Made by a program: the position numbers and the translations under genes
The notes under the pieces: generated by a model
Told to the model about the DNA's origin: nothing
The model's database searches: none
The model's input: only the letters and a program-made list of their open reading frames with translations
Shown: positions 13,901-27,200 of the stretch, one piece after another
Layout of the letters: each line of letters begins with the position of its first letter
Position numbering within the stretch: position 1 is the stretch's first letter
Origin: Klebsormidium nitens
Lineage: Eukaryota > Plantae > Klebsormidiophyceae
Length of the DNA: 64,000 nucleotides
Direction of reading: 5' to 3'
NCBI GenBank assembly: GCA_000708835.1
Contig: DF236955.1
Location: forward strand, 421,745 to 485,744

Positions 13901-16900
13901 TATGACAAGAAGCGCGGCGGCTTCGGGAGCGCGCCCAAGTTTCCCCGCCCCGTGGAGATCAACCTGCTCTTCCGGCGCCTGCTACGGCTGACGGAGAAGG
14001 GCGACAAGACGAGCGACGCAGTTCGCGAGATGGTGCTGCACTCGCTGACGGCCATGGCGCGGGGGGGCATCCACGACCATGTGGGAGGGGGGTTCCACCG
14101 CTACTCCGTCGACGAGTACTGGCACGGTGAGGGCGAGAGAGGCCCGGTTCCGCATATGTGGAAAGTTTTGATTTTGGGGGGTCATTATCCGTGGGGTGGA
14201 AAAGGATCCTTTTGTGAGCATTGTCTTTCACTGAAGGAGGTCTTCTTCAGACGCAAAACGGGTGATCGACAGTGCAGGAAAGTATGGTATGCAGCAGTTG
14301 TCTTGTTTATGTTTCCAACCCATCGTCCGCAAATGAACGCCGCCTTTTGCAACCGCGTCGTTTTCTAGTCCCTGCGTGATTTACGATAAGCCATATCCGG
14401 TCGATTTGCCACACGGACCACTGGAGAGGATTATAGTTTGAAAAGATGTTGTACGCCTAGTCCTACACTTCCACTTGTTCGTGCAAGCGAGAAATGCATT
14501 TTCGGAGAGCTAAGACAGCCGTCTCAATTCTTTACGCAATGCACCACGGTCAGAAAAAGCTGTACAACGGTCCGGTTGCACTTCGTACCCGCTCTAAGGA
14601 ACTCACTGCACAATCTTGATTGCTGTTCTTTTCTGGCTCTGCAGTGCCCCATTTCGAAAAGATGCTGTACGACCAGGGCCAGCTGGCCAACGCGTATCTC
14701 GACGCGTTCCTAGTTACACGCGACAACTACTACGCACAGCTGGCGCGCGACATTCTCGACTACCTGCGGCGGGATATGACGCACCCCGGGGGGGGCATCT
14801 TCTCCGCTGAGGATGCAGACAGTGCGGACGTGCCGGGGGGCAAGAAGAAGGAGGGCCTGTTCTACATCTGGACGGAAGCAGAGGTAAGCTTGAGAGCCGA
14901 GACTTCGTTTCGTTGCTTTGGTAGATGATACATGGCAATCGGGACGGAAGTTGCTCGTTGAGTGCTGAAGAGCATTTGTATGTTTGTTCATCTGGAACGA
15001 AGAGAAGTCCGGACAAAGCGGGGCTTACAGGGCTGCTTTGTAGAAAGGAAAGAAGCAAAGGCTTCTCCCTCGGTGGAGGTTCCTTTAGCGCGATTGCGCG
15101 CTACTTGAGAACAGTTTCTTTGAACGATCAAAGAACGCTCGTCGGCTCGAGCTTTTACTGAACCATGTTGTTGTCCGCTGTGCCAAAACACTCAGCCGCA
15201 AGGAGTCAACTTAAGCTGCCAGCACCCCACTTCATCAGCTCCTGCTTTGCAACAACCACCAGTTTAGGATACGATCGAGGTTAAGCACTTTCCAAGTTCT
15301 GAACCGCGGAATTCTGTGATCTTAAAAGCCAACCCTACACCTTGTCCCACAGATCGAGGAGGTGCTAGGCCCCGAGCGCGCGCCCCCCTTCAAGGCGCAC
15401 TACTACGTGAAGAAGCAGGGCAACTGTGACTTGTCGCGAATGAGCGACCCGCACCACGAGTTCGGCGGCAAGAACGTGCTCATCGAGCGAACTAGTCTGG
15501 AGGAAACCGCGAAGAAGTTCGACATGGACGTGCCCGCGCTGGAGCGCCAGCTGGCGGAGAGCCGGAGACTGCTGCACGGCCGCCGGGAGCAGCGGCCGCA
15601 CCCGCACCTTGACGACAAGGTGCGTGGTGCTGACGTGGCAAGGTTTGGCGTGCGGCGGGGGACGTATTGTGGTGCATCTGGATTTGATGGTCAGTGGTAA
15701 AAAGCGAGAGCGATGTAGGGCTGGGAAAGCAAGTGCGTGCAAAAAGACAGGACAGTGCGGCTTTTAAAAAAGTACGTGAGAATATTCTTAATAATGGTGG
15801 CCTTTGAGATTGCCTCACAGCCCAGCGGAAGACAAAACGCCTACCCCGTTCGTAAACTCTCGAGCTTTCGGGGCGTTTGGTCAAGTTGCCTCAAAGAATT
15901 GGCACCGATCTTATGCCGATTTTGATGCTTGAAGTCCTCAATGTAGCGGTCTTGCTCGTGACCTCCACTAGAGAAGGACTTTGCGACGAGCAGCGCCGGT
16001 TTTATAAACTGTGCCGCTGCGCTGTGCAGATCATCGTAGCATGGAACGGCCTGGCCATGTCCGCATTTGCCCGGGCGTCCACGATCCTCAAGAAGGGCCC
16101 CGCCGAGATGGAGTTCCACTTTCCGGTGGAGGGCACCCAGGTGCGGCTGCACCCTTCACAAGGCATAGATCTTTCGTTGTGTTGAAGCGGTCGGGAAACT
16201 TTTAACGATCTACCAACCTGCTCCTTTGCGTCGCCGTCGGAACTGAATTGATTACGTGGAAGCCTCTAATGTGCTGAGCGGGTGCTTACTGGGCAAGTTG
16301 TGGGTTTGTTGCAAGTCGATTAAGTGAACCAAGTTGAAAGGCGCAGCCCTCGTTTAGGGGCGGGCGTTTTGCATCGGTGCTCCCTTCTCCAGTCTCATCG
16401 ATGTCGCTGCTCTCGCCCCGCACGTCTTACATCGGGACATCCCCCCGAAGCCCTTCCACACCTCCGCCAGAAACACTGAAGCAGTCGGTCAAGAAGATAG
16501 ATTGGTTTTGCACGTCCCGTTGATTCATGTGAATACTCATAATCTACTCTCCCCGCTTTCCTGTCCGCGCAGCCGTCAGAGTATCTGCAGTCCGCGGTCA
16601 ACGCAGCGACGTTCATCCGGGAAAAGCTGTACGATCCGGACTGCCGGACGCTGCGGCGCAGCTTCCGAGAGGGCCCGTCCGCAGCCGCGGGCTTCGTGGA
16701 CGACTACGCGTTCCTGATCAACGCGCTGCTGGACCTGCACGAGGCGGGGGCCGGTGTGAAGTGGCTCGACTGGGCGCTGGAGCTACAGAAAACGCAGGTG
16801 GGCTGCAGCGGCAAAGTGCCTATTCACAGTCGGCTTTTGAGTCCTTGAGCTATTACGGTTGAAACGCAATGCAAAATTATTGCGGCAATACCTCGTCAGC

Positions 16901-18837
16901 TTTTAATTATGGGTAGACACAAGCTGGGCTTTGTGTCTACGCAGCCTTTTCGCTTTAAGCAGAACTTCTGAAGGAGTGACTTTTGCAAGGTGATGCGAGA
17001 GCAGTAAGTGCCCGGTCCTCGGGGAAGAAGTGCACTGGCGGGCAACATCGAAGGACGCCTGGATCCGGACAAGACGAGGGCGGCTATGCGAGCAACCAAT
17101 GTTTACGACTGTGGCTACTTTGCGTCCCTCGTTCGCTGCCGAATGCTGTTGCCTATCTACTCGTGGCACCAGTTTCTTTCGTCAACCTTCTTCGCCTGTT
17201 TCCTTCCAGGACGATCTTTTCTTCGATAAGGAGGGCGGCGCATATTACAGCAACGCGGCGGGCGACCCGTCCATTCTGCTGCGCATGAAGGAGGACTACG
17301 ACGGCGCGGAGCCGAGCGGGAACTCCGTCGCGGCCGGCAACCTGCTGCGGCTGTCCAAGATTATCGCGGGGGACGCGGGGCAGGAGTACCGGAAACGGGC
17401 GCTGCATACCATGGTGAGATTTCACTGCATTAATAAAGACTTCTTTGTTTGCCACTTCCTCACTTCTCTTCTGTCCAACCCTAATAATATAACCCTGTTT
17501 GTCTTTTCTATCTACCTCCAGTAAGCCCGATACGCTATTGCTGCTCAGGCCCTCTTATGAGAAGCCAATCCCTCTTCTCGGCCTGCTCTTCTTGGCTCTG
17601 ATCTCCCACTATTTCAGCCCCTAGTTCTCGTGCAGCAGAAATCGCCGAAGTTGATCAGGCTGAAGCTCAAAAAGCAGACCCGAATTGGACGGTCATGGAG
17701 GTCGAATATTCTGGTGCAAATTTGTGGGGCTGGTGGTCTATGATGGATCGCTAATTCATTTGGGGCTTCTTTTGGTTCCTACGATGACCATCTCGCTGTC
17801 CACGTGCCCTGTTCTGCTCGCTCGGCAACGTTCAGCCTGGTTTAAACGAACCTCTTAAGCCCGCAACCTTCCTGTGGTGACTTCTCAATTCTCACTCACT
17901 TTCTTCTCCGCGCTGACCCCTAGATCTTTCCCTACCTCCTTCTTCCGCGCTGGCTGCAAAGTAGCCGCCGCTTCTCCGTTTTCACCACCTCGAATTTACT
18001 TCGCTGCCTGGAAAGCACCCCTGTATTACAAACCCCTTGCCTTTCTTTGTGCAGGCCGTCTTTGAGGACCGCCTGAAGACCCTGCCGATTGCGCTGCCCC
18101 AGATGTGCTGCGCGCTGGACCTGTACGCATCCCCCTCGGAGCGCCAGGTGGTGATTGCGGGCGCACGCAGCGACGAGCGTGCGCTCTCGCTGCTGCAGGC
18201 TGCGCACAGCGTGTACGAGCCGGACAGAGCGGTAAGCGCCGGACGTCCGTATTCGTTTGCGGGTCAGCTAGACAGCGCTGATGTTCGGAGAGTTGGAGGA
18301 GTTTAGTACCACACATAGTGATTAATGAGTGTCGTGCCTCTGGGAAGCATCGGTGCAGATCTGTCATGGAGTAGCGAAAGTTGTCAGTCCGGTGAGAGCG
18401 AGGACGAACGGAGGTCCTTTATTACAAAACCTTGTTTTTGAAAGTCACTTCAATTTCAGTCGCATTCTACCTATCAACTCGATTGCGTTGGTTTTACTCT
18501 TTGATGTACATTGGACAAGGCAAGGTCGGAAGGATTGTGGATTAGATCAGTTGCGACAACCTAGGGCTAGTTATAATGTGCCTCTTCTCCCTAACAGGTC
18601 CTGCTGATTGACGAGGACAACGAGGAAGACCGCGCCTTTTGGTCGAAGCACAACGAGATGGTTCTCAAGATGGCCAAGAAAAAGGACGGGCAGCCGCAGG
18701 CGTACGTGTGCCAGAACTTCACGTGCCAAGCGCCCACTGCGGACCCGGCCAGGGTGGAGGAGCTTCTACGGCAGCCGCTGTCCGGGTCGTCGTCGCCCAA
18801 AATGGACAAAATAGACCTCGGAGCACTTAGGTCTTAG
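10996..18837 (+). CDS. SPATA20: SPATA20/YyaL-like thioredoxin-domain (DUF255) plus alpha/alpha-barrel protein, 12 exons, probable organellar presequence
   Basis: Exons 10996(or 11326)-11446, 11648-11741, 12318-12578, 12952-13108, 13889-14126, 14645-14883, 15353-15619, 16030-16140, 16573-16797, 17210-17413, 18055-18231, 18598-18837. Motifs [41 protein letters not shown] (CxxC), [67 protein letters not shown]. The start codon is uncertain. Confidence 0.93.
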
Positions 18838-19904
18838 ATGCCGCTTATGTATGTATAAAGGGGTACTAATTCTCGAAAGGTTTTGTTCATGAGGAGCGAT
18901 GTTAGAATGAGATCATTATAAAGGAATTTGGGAAAACGGGTACGAGAAGATTTACTGCACTGCCGTACGTAGTAGCAGCTTGATGAACTGGTCAATTGTG
19001 CATTCTAGTCAAGCACGAATTTGCAACACTAGCTTACCGAGATAGCTGTGGGTTCGTCTCATAGCGCAGGTCTTGTTAATGTCATTCAATCATGAGTCGT
19101 AAGTGGCTTAACATATTGCTTACGTTGTCTATTCATGTAGCTAAGTGTCGTCATCATGCATATATATATTCTCGACTGAGAACAGATCGCATCACCAGGC
19201 TCCGATCTGTGACAACTTTTCGATCGAGCATTTGTGTTCATGCACTCTAAATTATAGTATAATCACGTTTGCGCCCACGTTGGGATGTGGGTACGACGCA
19301 CTTCTATCTGAATCCTGGTATGATCAATGAAGCTTGAAAATTCATGAGCCTAGCTGGCGATTTGCATCAACGTTGGCAGTATTTAGAGCTAGGAAGCTTC
19401 TAGATCTAGATCATCACTCATGATCCGCCCGACCAGCTTTTATATCCATGGTCATATATGTTTAAAAGATCGACCGCCATGACTTGGGACACTTGGGAAG
19501 TTGGAAAGAAATTTGAACAGGGCTCTACTTCTATTTCTGTTCATCGAGCTATGCAACCATGATGATCACAGCTTCTAGGTCCAAACCTAAAACCATAGAA
19601 GCGCTTGGAACCACAAAAAAAACTGTAAGATAAGGAAGTTGCAACACTGAACGTTTGGCAGCTTAGAGTCTATAAATCGGACTTGAAAGGAAACATTAGT
19701 ATAGATTCAATGGATCACACTCACAACATTATCATGATCAAAGTCAGATCATCAGATGTTCTGTTGTCAATATAGCCTCTGATCCTTGGACTTGACTATT
19801 CTTTAAGCTACACACTTGTGAGACAAGCGCACCATCTTGCTGAGCACGATGATGCAGAACACTATAGCAAGTAATTTAAGTCAACAGCTAGTGATTACTC
19901 TTAC

Positions 19905-20500
19905 CTTCGTCGCTCCAAATTTCCGAGCTTTCATCTGATTCATAGCCTGCATCCTCGTCCTCATCTTCAGAAGCATCATTGGAAGAAAAGGGGCCTGCAC
20001 CAAAGTGGCCCTCTGCAAAGTCATGTCCATGTCCGGACACCTTGAAGAATACTCACTAGCAGCAACATTTGAAGTGGGTTCTCTCTGCGCAGGATGTTGC
20101 AACACTGAGCCGGAGATGCTTTCCTCTTTTGCTTCTACTTCAAAGCTCTGCTGCCCTTCTTCTTGCCCTTCTTGAGCTGCATTTGCATCGCCACCGTCGG
20201 AACGCCTCTCTGAAAACTCGGTACCCTGTCTGCCATGTTCCTCCACGTGGTTGCCATTTGTATGATTGTCTGCTGCATCTGCTGCTGCTTCTTTTTCTAG
20301 CTCCCCAGCTCCTTGTTGTCGTTTCAATCTCAGCTGCTGAAGTGCAGCATCAACCTGCTCTGCATCCACCTTGCCATGCAGAGCAATATGCATATTGCGC
20401 TGGGTTTTTGAAAGCAACTTTTTGCTTTGCTTGTTGAAGCATCTTTGGCACCTACACCTTCTCTTATCCGGAGCCTTGTTCCAACTGCAGCTTCCGATCC
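19905..20500 (-). pseudogene. TnpD-like (CACTA transposase) N-terminal remnant
   Basis: Reads CRCQRCFNKQSKKLLSKTQRNMHIALHG, resembling the transposase-associated domain CxCxxCxN...HL...G. An acidic linker follows and continues in a shifted frame (DASEDEDEDAGYESDESSEIWSDE) to a GTAAG donor at 19904. Downstream (19000-19900) is AT-rich and stop-ridden, with a weak CDHHGCIA..C remnant near 19520-19580. Confidence 0.5.
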
Positions 20501-21250
20501 TAAAAGCAGAAACACAGCACTATTGCAGCCAGTGCCTGTAAGATTTGAGCATTTGAGTCCGCGGCACGTCCTGCTGGCTTGGTGCATCAGAACAAGCTGG
20601 CGGACCGTTGGAAGTTGGGAAGACTAGAAATGCATCTCCCCAGTGCTACATGCTGATGGTTTCCAGCAGCAGCGTCATTGTGATGCCTCTGGCATGCTGG
20701 CTTTGATCCCTCTTTGATGGCGCCTTTGTAAGCTCGTTTCCCCAGCTGCAACAGTGCAAGATGTTGAATATGCTCCAAACCCTAATTTACGGGACTTCCT
20801 ATAGCCTTAGGAGCTAGGGCCTTGCGCGGATCCTGAATGACAATTTCCACTCTTCGCGGAAGGCTGACGTTTGGAAAACGAGGCCCCGGACCCTGGGACA
20901 GGAGTGAAGGCTAAGCTGGTGGAGCCCTCAGTGTTGATCAGCTGACCATGCGCTGAGCACTGCGCACCAGCAAAGGAGAGCGTCCTCTCATGGGAAAGAG
21001 GCTCCCAAAAACTTCATGCGAGGAAGCATGAACGGGGGAGCAGAATATGGACGGTGTAGGAGGGTGCCAACACAATCCTTGGTCAGGCTTTGTTGTTTCT
21101 TAGCTAGAGTAACGATGTATGCTTGTATCCAAGCAGCAACTGAGTGGTAGCGGGCAGCGGTGAGCTGCATGCAAGCTGCTAAAACGTGTCTTCTCAAGTT
21201 TGAATTCTTGTTGAGTAGCAAAAGGTATCGACTGGGGCTAGGGTTCCACC

Positions 21251-24200
21251 ATGGTGGCAAACAGACGAGCACCTGGTGAGGCGTTGGATGGAAAAGAGAA
21301 CGTGAAACCAGCAGCGCTGGAAGAGCAAGATGTTGCAGCGGCATTTGGTGAGCTGATTGCAAAGCCTGGAGCCAGAGATCTGCTTCTCAAGCTGCTGCAG
21401 ACCACCCAAGTCCAGCCTGTTGCTCAAGAGCAAAGAGCAGCCAATTCAGGATCAAGCCCCTTAAGAGCGAGAGCAACTGAGCAAAAACAAGGCTGCTTGG
21501 AAAAAGCTGGCCAAAAAGCATCTCCTAAAAGGAAGTATTCTAAAGCAGATGTGGCAGATGCAGTGGTGAGTCTCTTTCCTTGCAATGCTTGACTTTTGTG
21601 GTTTCTCAGGTTGTTAAGGTTTTCAATGCACCAGTCTGCATCCCCTTGTCTGCTTGGTTGTCCAGCTCAAGCGGCATCTCTTTCTCATCTATTTTCTGTA
21701 TCTTGGAGAGCTTGAAGAGCTGAGCATACGTGCAATGCTGATGCTCACGGCTTTCGAGCTGGATGCCAATCCTGTTGAACATGGATTCTGCGTGTCATGT
21801 TTTTAGCATGCATGCATGCGCCCTTACCGTCTGCTTACGCTAGGAGGCATTTGATCTGCAGGAAAATCTGCGAGTGAAAGTTGGTGAAGTACTTCAACCA
21901 GAGTCGAGAACGTTCGGGAAAATCCCAAAGAAACTGGTGTACAAGCTTGTGGATGAGTTTGAGAGGGCATATCCTGGCATGTTTTCCGAGGATGAGCTGT
22001 ACAAGAAGATCAAAACCAGATGCCAGAACCAACGTGATGCTGCCAAGCGGAACGAAGATGAGGAGGCAAAAGCTGCGTATAACGAGAAAGCTGCCAAACG
22101 AATGCAAGAGACTCGCGCTAAGAAGGTAATGCGCAAGCCTTTGCGTTAGTTATTCGCTTGGTACAGCTCAGGTTCTCTTGTTTCACAAAATCCAAGTCAT
22201 ACAAGACGCGAATGATCTTCTAGAGTTGGATTACGGCATTTTGGGATTGCAACTTACATGAGCCGTTCCTCTACAGGGGGCCTCTACAGCTGACTCCAAG
22301 GAAAAGAAGAAGCGTACGACCAGGAAACAGTGTGCGACCATCAAGAAGAAGCATGACCAGGTATCTTCTATTGTCAACACAAAACTTCTGAGTTTCCTTG
22401 TAATCATCTAACAACCACAGTGTATCTTGCATTTATTCATTTGAGTTCAGTGCGAGTCTAGAAGAGCGGCTTGAGTAATAAAAAGAATGACCTGTGAGAT
22501 TGTTAAGTTCGAGTCCGAGAAGGACTGCCAATTGCCAAGCATTTGCCTATAACGATCTTCTGGCTCCAAGTTCTCCTCCGCTTACATGTGCTGTCTTGTC
22601 ATAAGTTGTTGCGTGCCTGTTCACAGTCATTCTGCAGACTGCCATGCATGATGAAAGTCCAGAGCGTGTGTGATTCACAAAAAGTGTTTGTCTAGCATTT
22701 GCCTTAACGTCACCGGTTTACTGGCAGCATGTACGCGACACCAGAAATGAGTGAATCTAAGCAGGCACCCAGAGTTCTTAGAGTGGATTGTGCTTGTGGT
22801 GCTTAGAGTGAGTGCTTGAAAAGAGCTTAGAGTGTGGTGTGCAGTTGCTTTCTACTTTTCATCTTCAGGATTCACAAAGTAGGAGCGGAAAGGAGCAAGA
22901 AGCATCCACCGGAAAGGAAGAAGATAAGAAGGGAAGCGATTCAAATGCCAACAAGGAGAAGGTGGATTCTACAGAGGAGAGCGAAAGCGAAATGGAGTCA
23001 ATAAGCCCCAGCCAGGTGAGTTTCCATGTTTACAGTTAGTTTGTCGAGGGTGCGCCACGTCAGATTGCCGGAGTATGAATGCCCCCCTCACATGCGGGAG
23101 AGTTTTTATCAGACTATTGGCTTATTGGTCATGGAGTTGGCAAACAGTTCAGCAGCGCCATTTCAAGCAGTTCAAGGGGTTATTGTAATTGGTGGCCTGG
23201 TTGCAGTGGGAACGGGAGTTCCAGGAAAGGGAAAGACAGGCGAAATTGCAAATGGCAATCGAGAAGGAGCTCAAAGAGGACCCAGAGTATTCTCCATCAG
23301 ACGCTTCGGAAGCCGAAGAAGTAGGTTTTTATGTCTGCTTCCTTCTTTATCTAGAACCGATCCTCTTGTAACGAGATTTGAGCTAGCATCATCCTCAAGC
23401 TTCACAAAGTGTCTCTGGTTATTCTCTGGCATATATACTGACCAACTTTCTGACTTTTGAAAGAAGTTCTCGATTAGGGTTCTGAAGGCTTGTTTCGAGA
23501 GGGATGCAAGTTTGGCAGCTTTATGCTCGGTTTCGTTTTTGCAACTCTCGAAAAGCCGGGGTCATGTGTGGTTGTATTCAAGTACACGTGCTGGTCGTCT
23601 GCTCCAGGAAGCGGTCAACGCTACAAAGAGACAAGGTTCGCGGCGGAAGAAACCTCGAAAGAGCAGCCGGAAATCAGAAGCACATGCCGTCAGCTCTGCA
23701 GATAGTCCGGTACGGCAGGATGCGTTAAGCACGGTTATGCAGGATACGTCGGGCTTCCAAAGGTTTCTTTTCCTTCTATGTTTCGACCTGCCTTTGTGCT
23801 ACAATTTTGGATCAGAATCGGTCGTACTTTGTAGTTGCTTGCCTGGCATATCAGAAATGGGTGTCGGCTCTTATCGATCAGGCTCCTCGTATTAGTAATA
23901 TCCCAGCCGAGCTCGGGTTTTGTCCATTGTCTAATGTTACTTGTACCATCTTTGGAGTGCTTTTATAGGAATTTTCTCCTGCGCCATACAGAATCACTTC
24001 GATTTTGGTTCCTTGGATTGAAAGGCGAGTCACTTTCGACCTGTTGAGGTCGATATCTTTTGGAACCTGGTCCCTATTGACACTGATTAATCTGACGAGG
24101 AGTCGCTCGTTGAGGTCACACCCAAAGAGCCCAGACTAAACCAAGCATTATCTGATCTGCAGATTTGCAATGCTTTACTGTCCGCACAAGCATTGGCAGG

Positions 24201-27200
24201 AGCAGCATCAGCAAACACGGTGGGAGCAGCACCAGCTGAGTTCGCTGGACCGGCATTGACAGACTCGGCGGAAGCAGCAGCAGTATCAGCAGCCCCTTCA
24301 GACCCCAAAAGAAATGCAAGTTGAAGGCCCTCTCTCTTTCTGCTTTAATTTCACTGTTGATTTGAATGGTCATGTGCTCAAGAGGTGAGTCATTGGCTAG
24401 CAAGCATGCTCTTCTGTGGCAAAAGATCCCCGAACGGTGTCCTTTGACTACCTGATCAATTGGGGCATTATACTGTTCAATGAGCACTGCCGCTTTGGTC
24501 CATGCATTGCCAACGGCAGTGCCGGCTGTGCAAAATCTGTCTGGCGTGCCCGGCGTGTCCATTCTACTCAGTCCAACAGGGTTCCATGCAATCAAGTCAC
24601 GGAAAGGTGATTAGGCGCCTTTTCCAAGCCATGGTCCCCCCTGTTTTGAATGATAGTCCAAGATGTACATGCTGAGTACAAAACCCCGAGAATCGTTCGT
24701 ACAGACGTTCATCCAGATACGGATGTTGAGAATCTAAACTTTGCAGATGCTCGAGCCAAACGGCGGCCACGTGCCGAATGTGGCGGCCGGAAAAGAGCAG
24801 CGGTTCGCATCGGCGTCGTGCACCGACAACACGAAACAGCACCAGAACGAACAGATTGTAAGTTATGACCAGATTGAGTTGCACGGCCGGTTTCATCTAT
24901 CCATCTTGCTCCATGATGGAAGTGTTGATAGATTTCCGGCATGATACTGAGAGCAACTGGCGTTTTGTGCTCTTCAAACATTACAGCTAAACCTTACAGT
25001 CTCAATCTTCAGCCCAAGTTCGCAGCCGAGTGGACAAGAAAGCTTGTCCTGCGTGCGGCTGAGCAAGACGACGAAGCAACCGCACAATGCACTTCCAATC
25101 TTGTGCTGGCAAAGGCCTTCGAACGAACTTGAGCGATGGAAAATCGAGCGACACGTTTCTGTTTCTCTGATTGGAAGTTCTCGACTCTGGAGATAAATTT
25201 TATTTAGCAAGCGGGACTCACCGTTCCATGCAACACAAAACTGAGATGAAATGACACATTCCACAGGTGCCGGGGACTGACGCTAGCGCTGCGCCACTTC
25301 CAGAACCGCGAGGAGAGAGCCGCCCACCCGAAGCCGGTCGTCGAGACCGACAGCACAAATGAGCAACAGCAGAAGGTGAGCCGTGGTGCTGGTCTTTCGA
25401 AGTTTTTGCATCATTCGGCCCCAGCATCGTTCTTCTCCACCTTTTACTTTTCCGCTCTCATCCAGATCCTCGTATGGCGGAATCGGGCGGATCCATATGG
25501 ACGGTTGGATGATTTCGCAGTCCCTACTAAGGAGTCTGGTCGTAGATTGTGGGGAAAGATGATGTAGTCAGACTCCGGGGCTGACGATTGCATGATTTTG
25601 GCAGGTTGATCAAGTAGAGGCGGCCAAAGCACCGGCAAAGTCCCCGAAGGCCGCCACTCCCGGGCCAAGAGCGGCGGAAATCAAGGCAAGTCGCACACAA
25701 CAGGGAATCCTTTTCGCTCAAAGATCTTCAACGTGTGTCCTGAACATGGGATTGAACCAGCGCATGTCGACGCGGCCTCTCAATATCGGTCGCCGCTTCG
25801 CCCGCAGCCTGGCGTAGTTGGTTCCTTTTTGATGGGCTTGTATAGTCGAATGACGAGACCGGTTGACCTCGCTCAGGTCTTACCGGTCGCTTCCATGACA
25901 TGGTCGTGTCACGTTTCATCCTCTCATCGTGCTTTGATTGCTTGTTCTCAGGCGCCACGTTCGACCGCTCTGTCTTGAAGATTCTTCAGCATTTGAGCGA
26001 GTGTGCAGCAGTTGATGTCAAAAGATATCAAAGTATGTGGGAATCTGATTATACCGGAATCATTGTTGCGAGTTGGGATCACAATATCAAAAACGAAAAC
26101 TTGGACTGCAGATGCTGGACCCGAATACTGACAACGTCTCGGGGTCGGCGGCGCAGAAAGGGCACGACTCGAGCGCGGCAGCGGTAGTAGATACCGACAA
26201 CGACAAGAAGCGCCGGAGCGAACATGATGGGAATGTAAGTTCTCCAGCGACGTCGTTTGTTACCCCTTTGCTCACTTCAATCCAAGGATGATATTCCGGA
26301 TACGCATGAAGATGTCAGAAAAAGTTTCGATTTGTTGTTACACTGAATTCGCAAACTTCAATGTGGATTGCACCCACTTTTGGAGTTCGGTGGGAATCTT
26401 TGATGTGCGAGCAATTATGGATATCGACGATGCAAGTGCACGCTGCTTTATTGCGTTAGAAAGGTGATTGCGAACGTGGCTGCGAACTGAAAGGCAGTGT
26501 CGACATTGTAGGAGCGATGTGAGCTGTAGCTGCATTAAGTTCTTCTTTTGACATTACTTGATTTAATTCTTGCAGATCAAGAAGTCAGAGGGTGACAAAC
26601 AACCGCAGGCGGTGCCGCAGTACGAGCACGCGCTGAAGCCGACGCCAAGCATCACCGACGCAACGCCACCCAAGATTCAGGACCATCTGAACGTAAGATT
26701 CTAATTGCTTTTGATAGTTCCAATCTCACTTCCAAAGCTTCTATTGGGAGATTTCAAATCAACCTGACTGCTGTGCGGGTTCGAAAGTCAGATCTTTCTC
26801 GAAGCCTGAAGGTTGAACCTGGTCCCCGATCTTGGCGAATACTCGGCAAAGTAACTGCTTTTGACGTGCGCCAGTCTGCCTAGTTGGTCGGCATCATCCC
26901 GAAGTTCTGGACAATCACACAACCCGTTCGATAACTTGATCCACCCTTCAATGGCCACGATGGACGTGGATAAGGAAGACGCTGGCACCGGTTGAGCTGC
27001 CGAAAGTTGCTAGCGGAACGCGCTTGTTGAGAGTCGCCCGCTAGACCATTTTATCCAAACCGGTGTATCAAATCGAAAGCCGATGTTCCTACAGGTGCCA
27101 AATTCGAAAGGCGTTGACGTTGCGCCGCTTTCGGATCTACAAGGAGGGCGCCTTCCCAAGCGGGTCACCAAAGCCGACACCAACTCGAAGATACAAGAGC

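Noticed and set aside
19325-19350. Minus-strand LMNFQAS resembling the GMNFQAV motif of the phosphodiesterase C-terminal half
   Set aside because: An isolated 5-residue match in a stop-ridden region with no neighbouring family motifs. It may be chance, though worth a TBLASTN check.
19860-19872. CACTATAGCAAG as the left TIR of the CACTA element
   Set aside because: Only 7 bp match the right TIR, the flank is GAA rather than GGT, and no CTAGAAC array follows. CACTA at 19027 fails the same tests.
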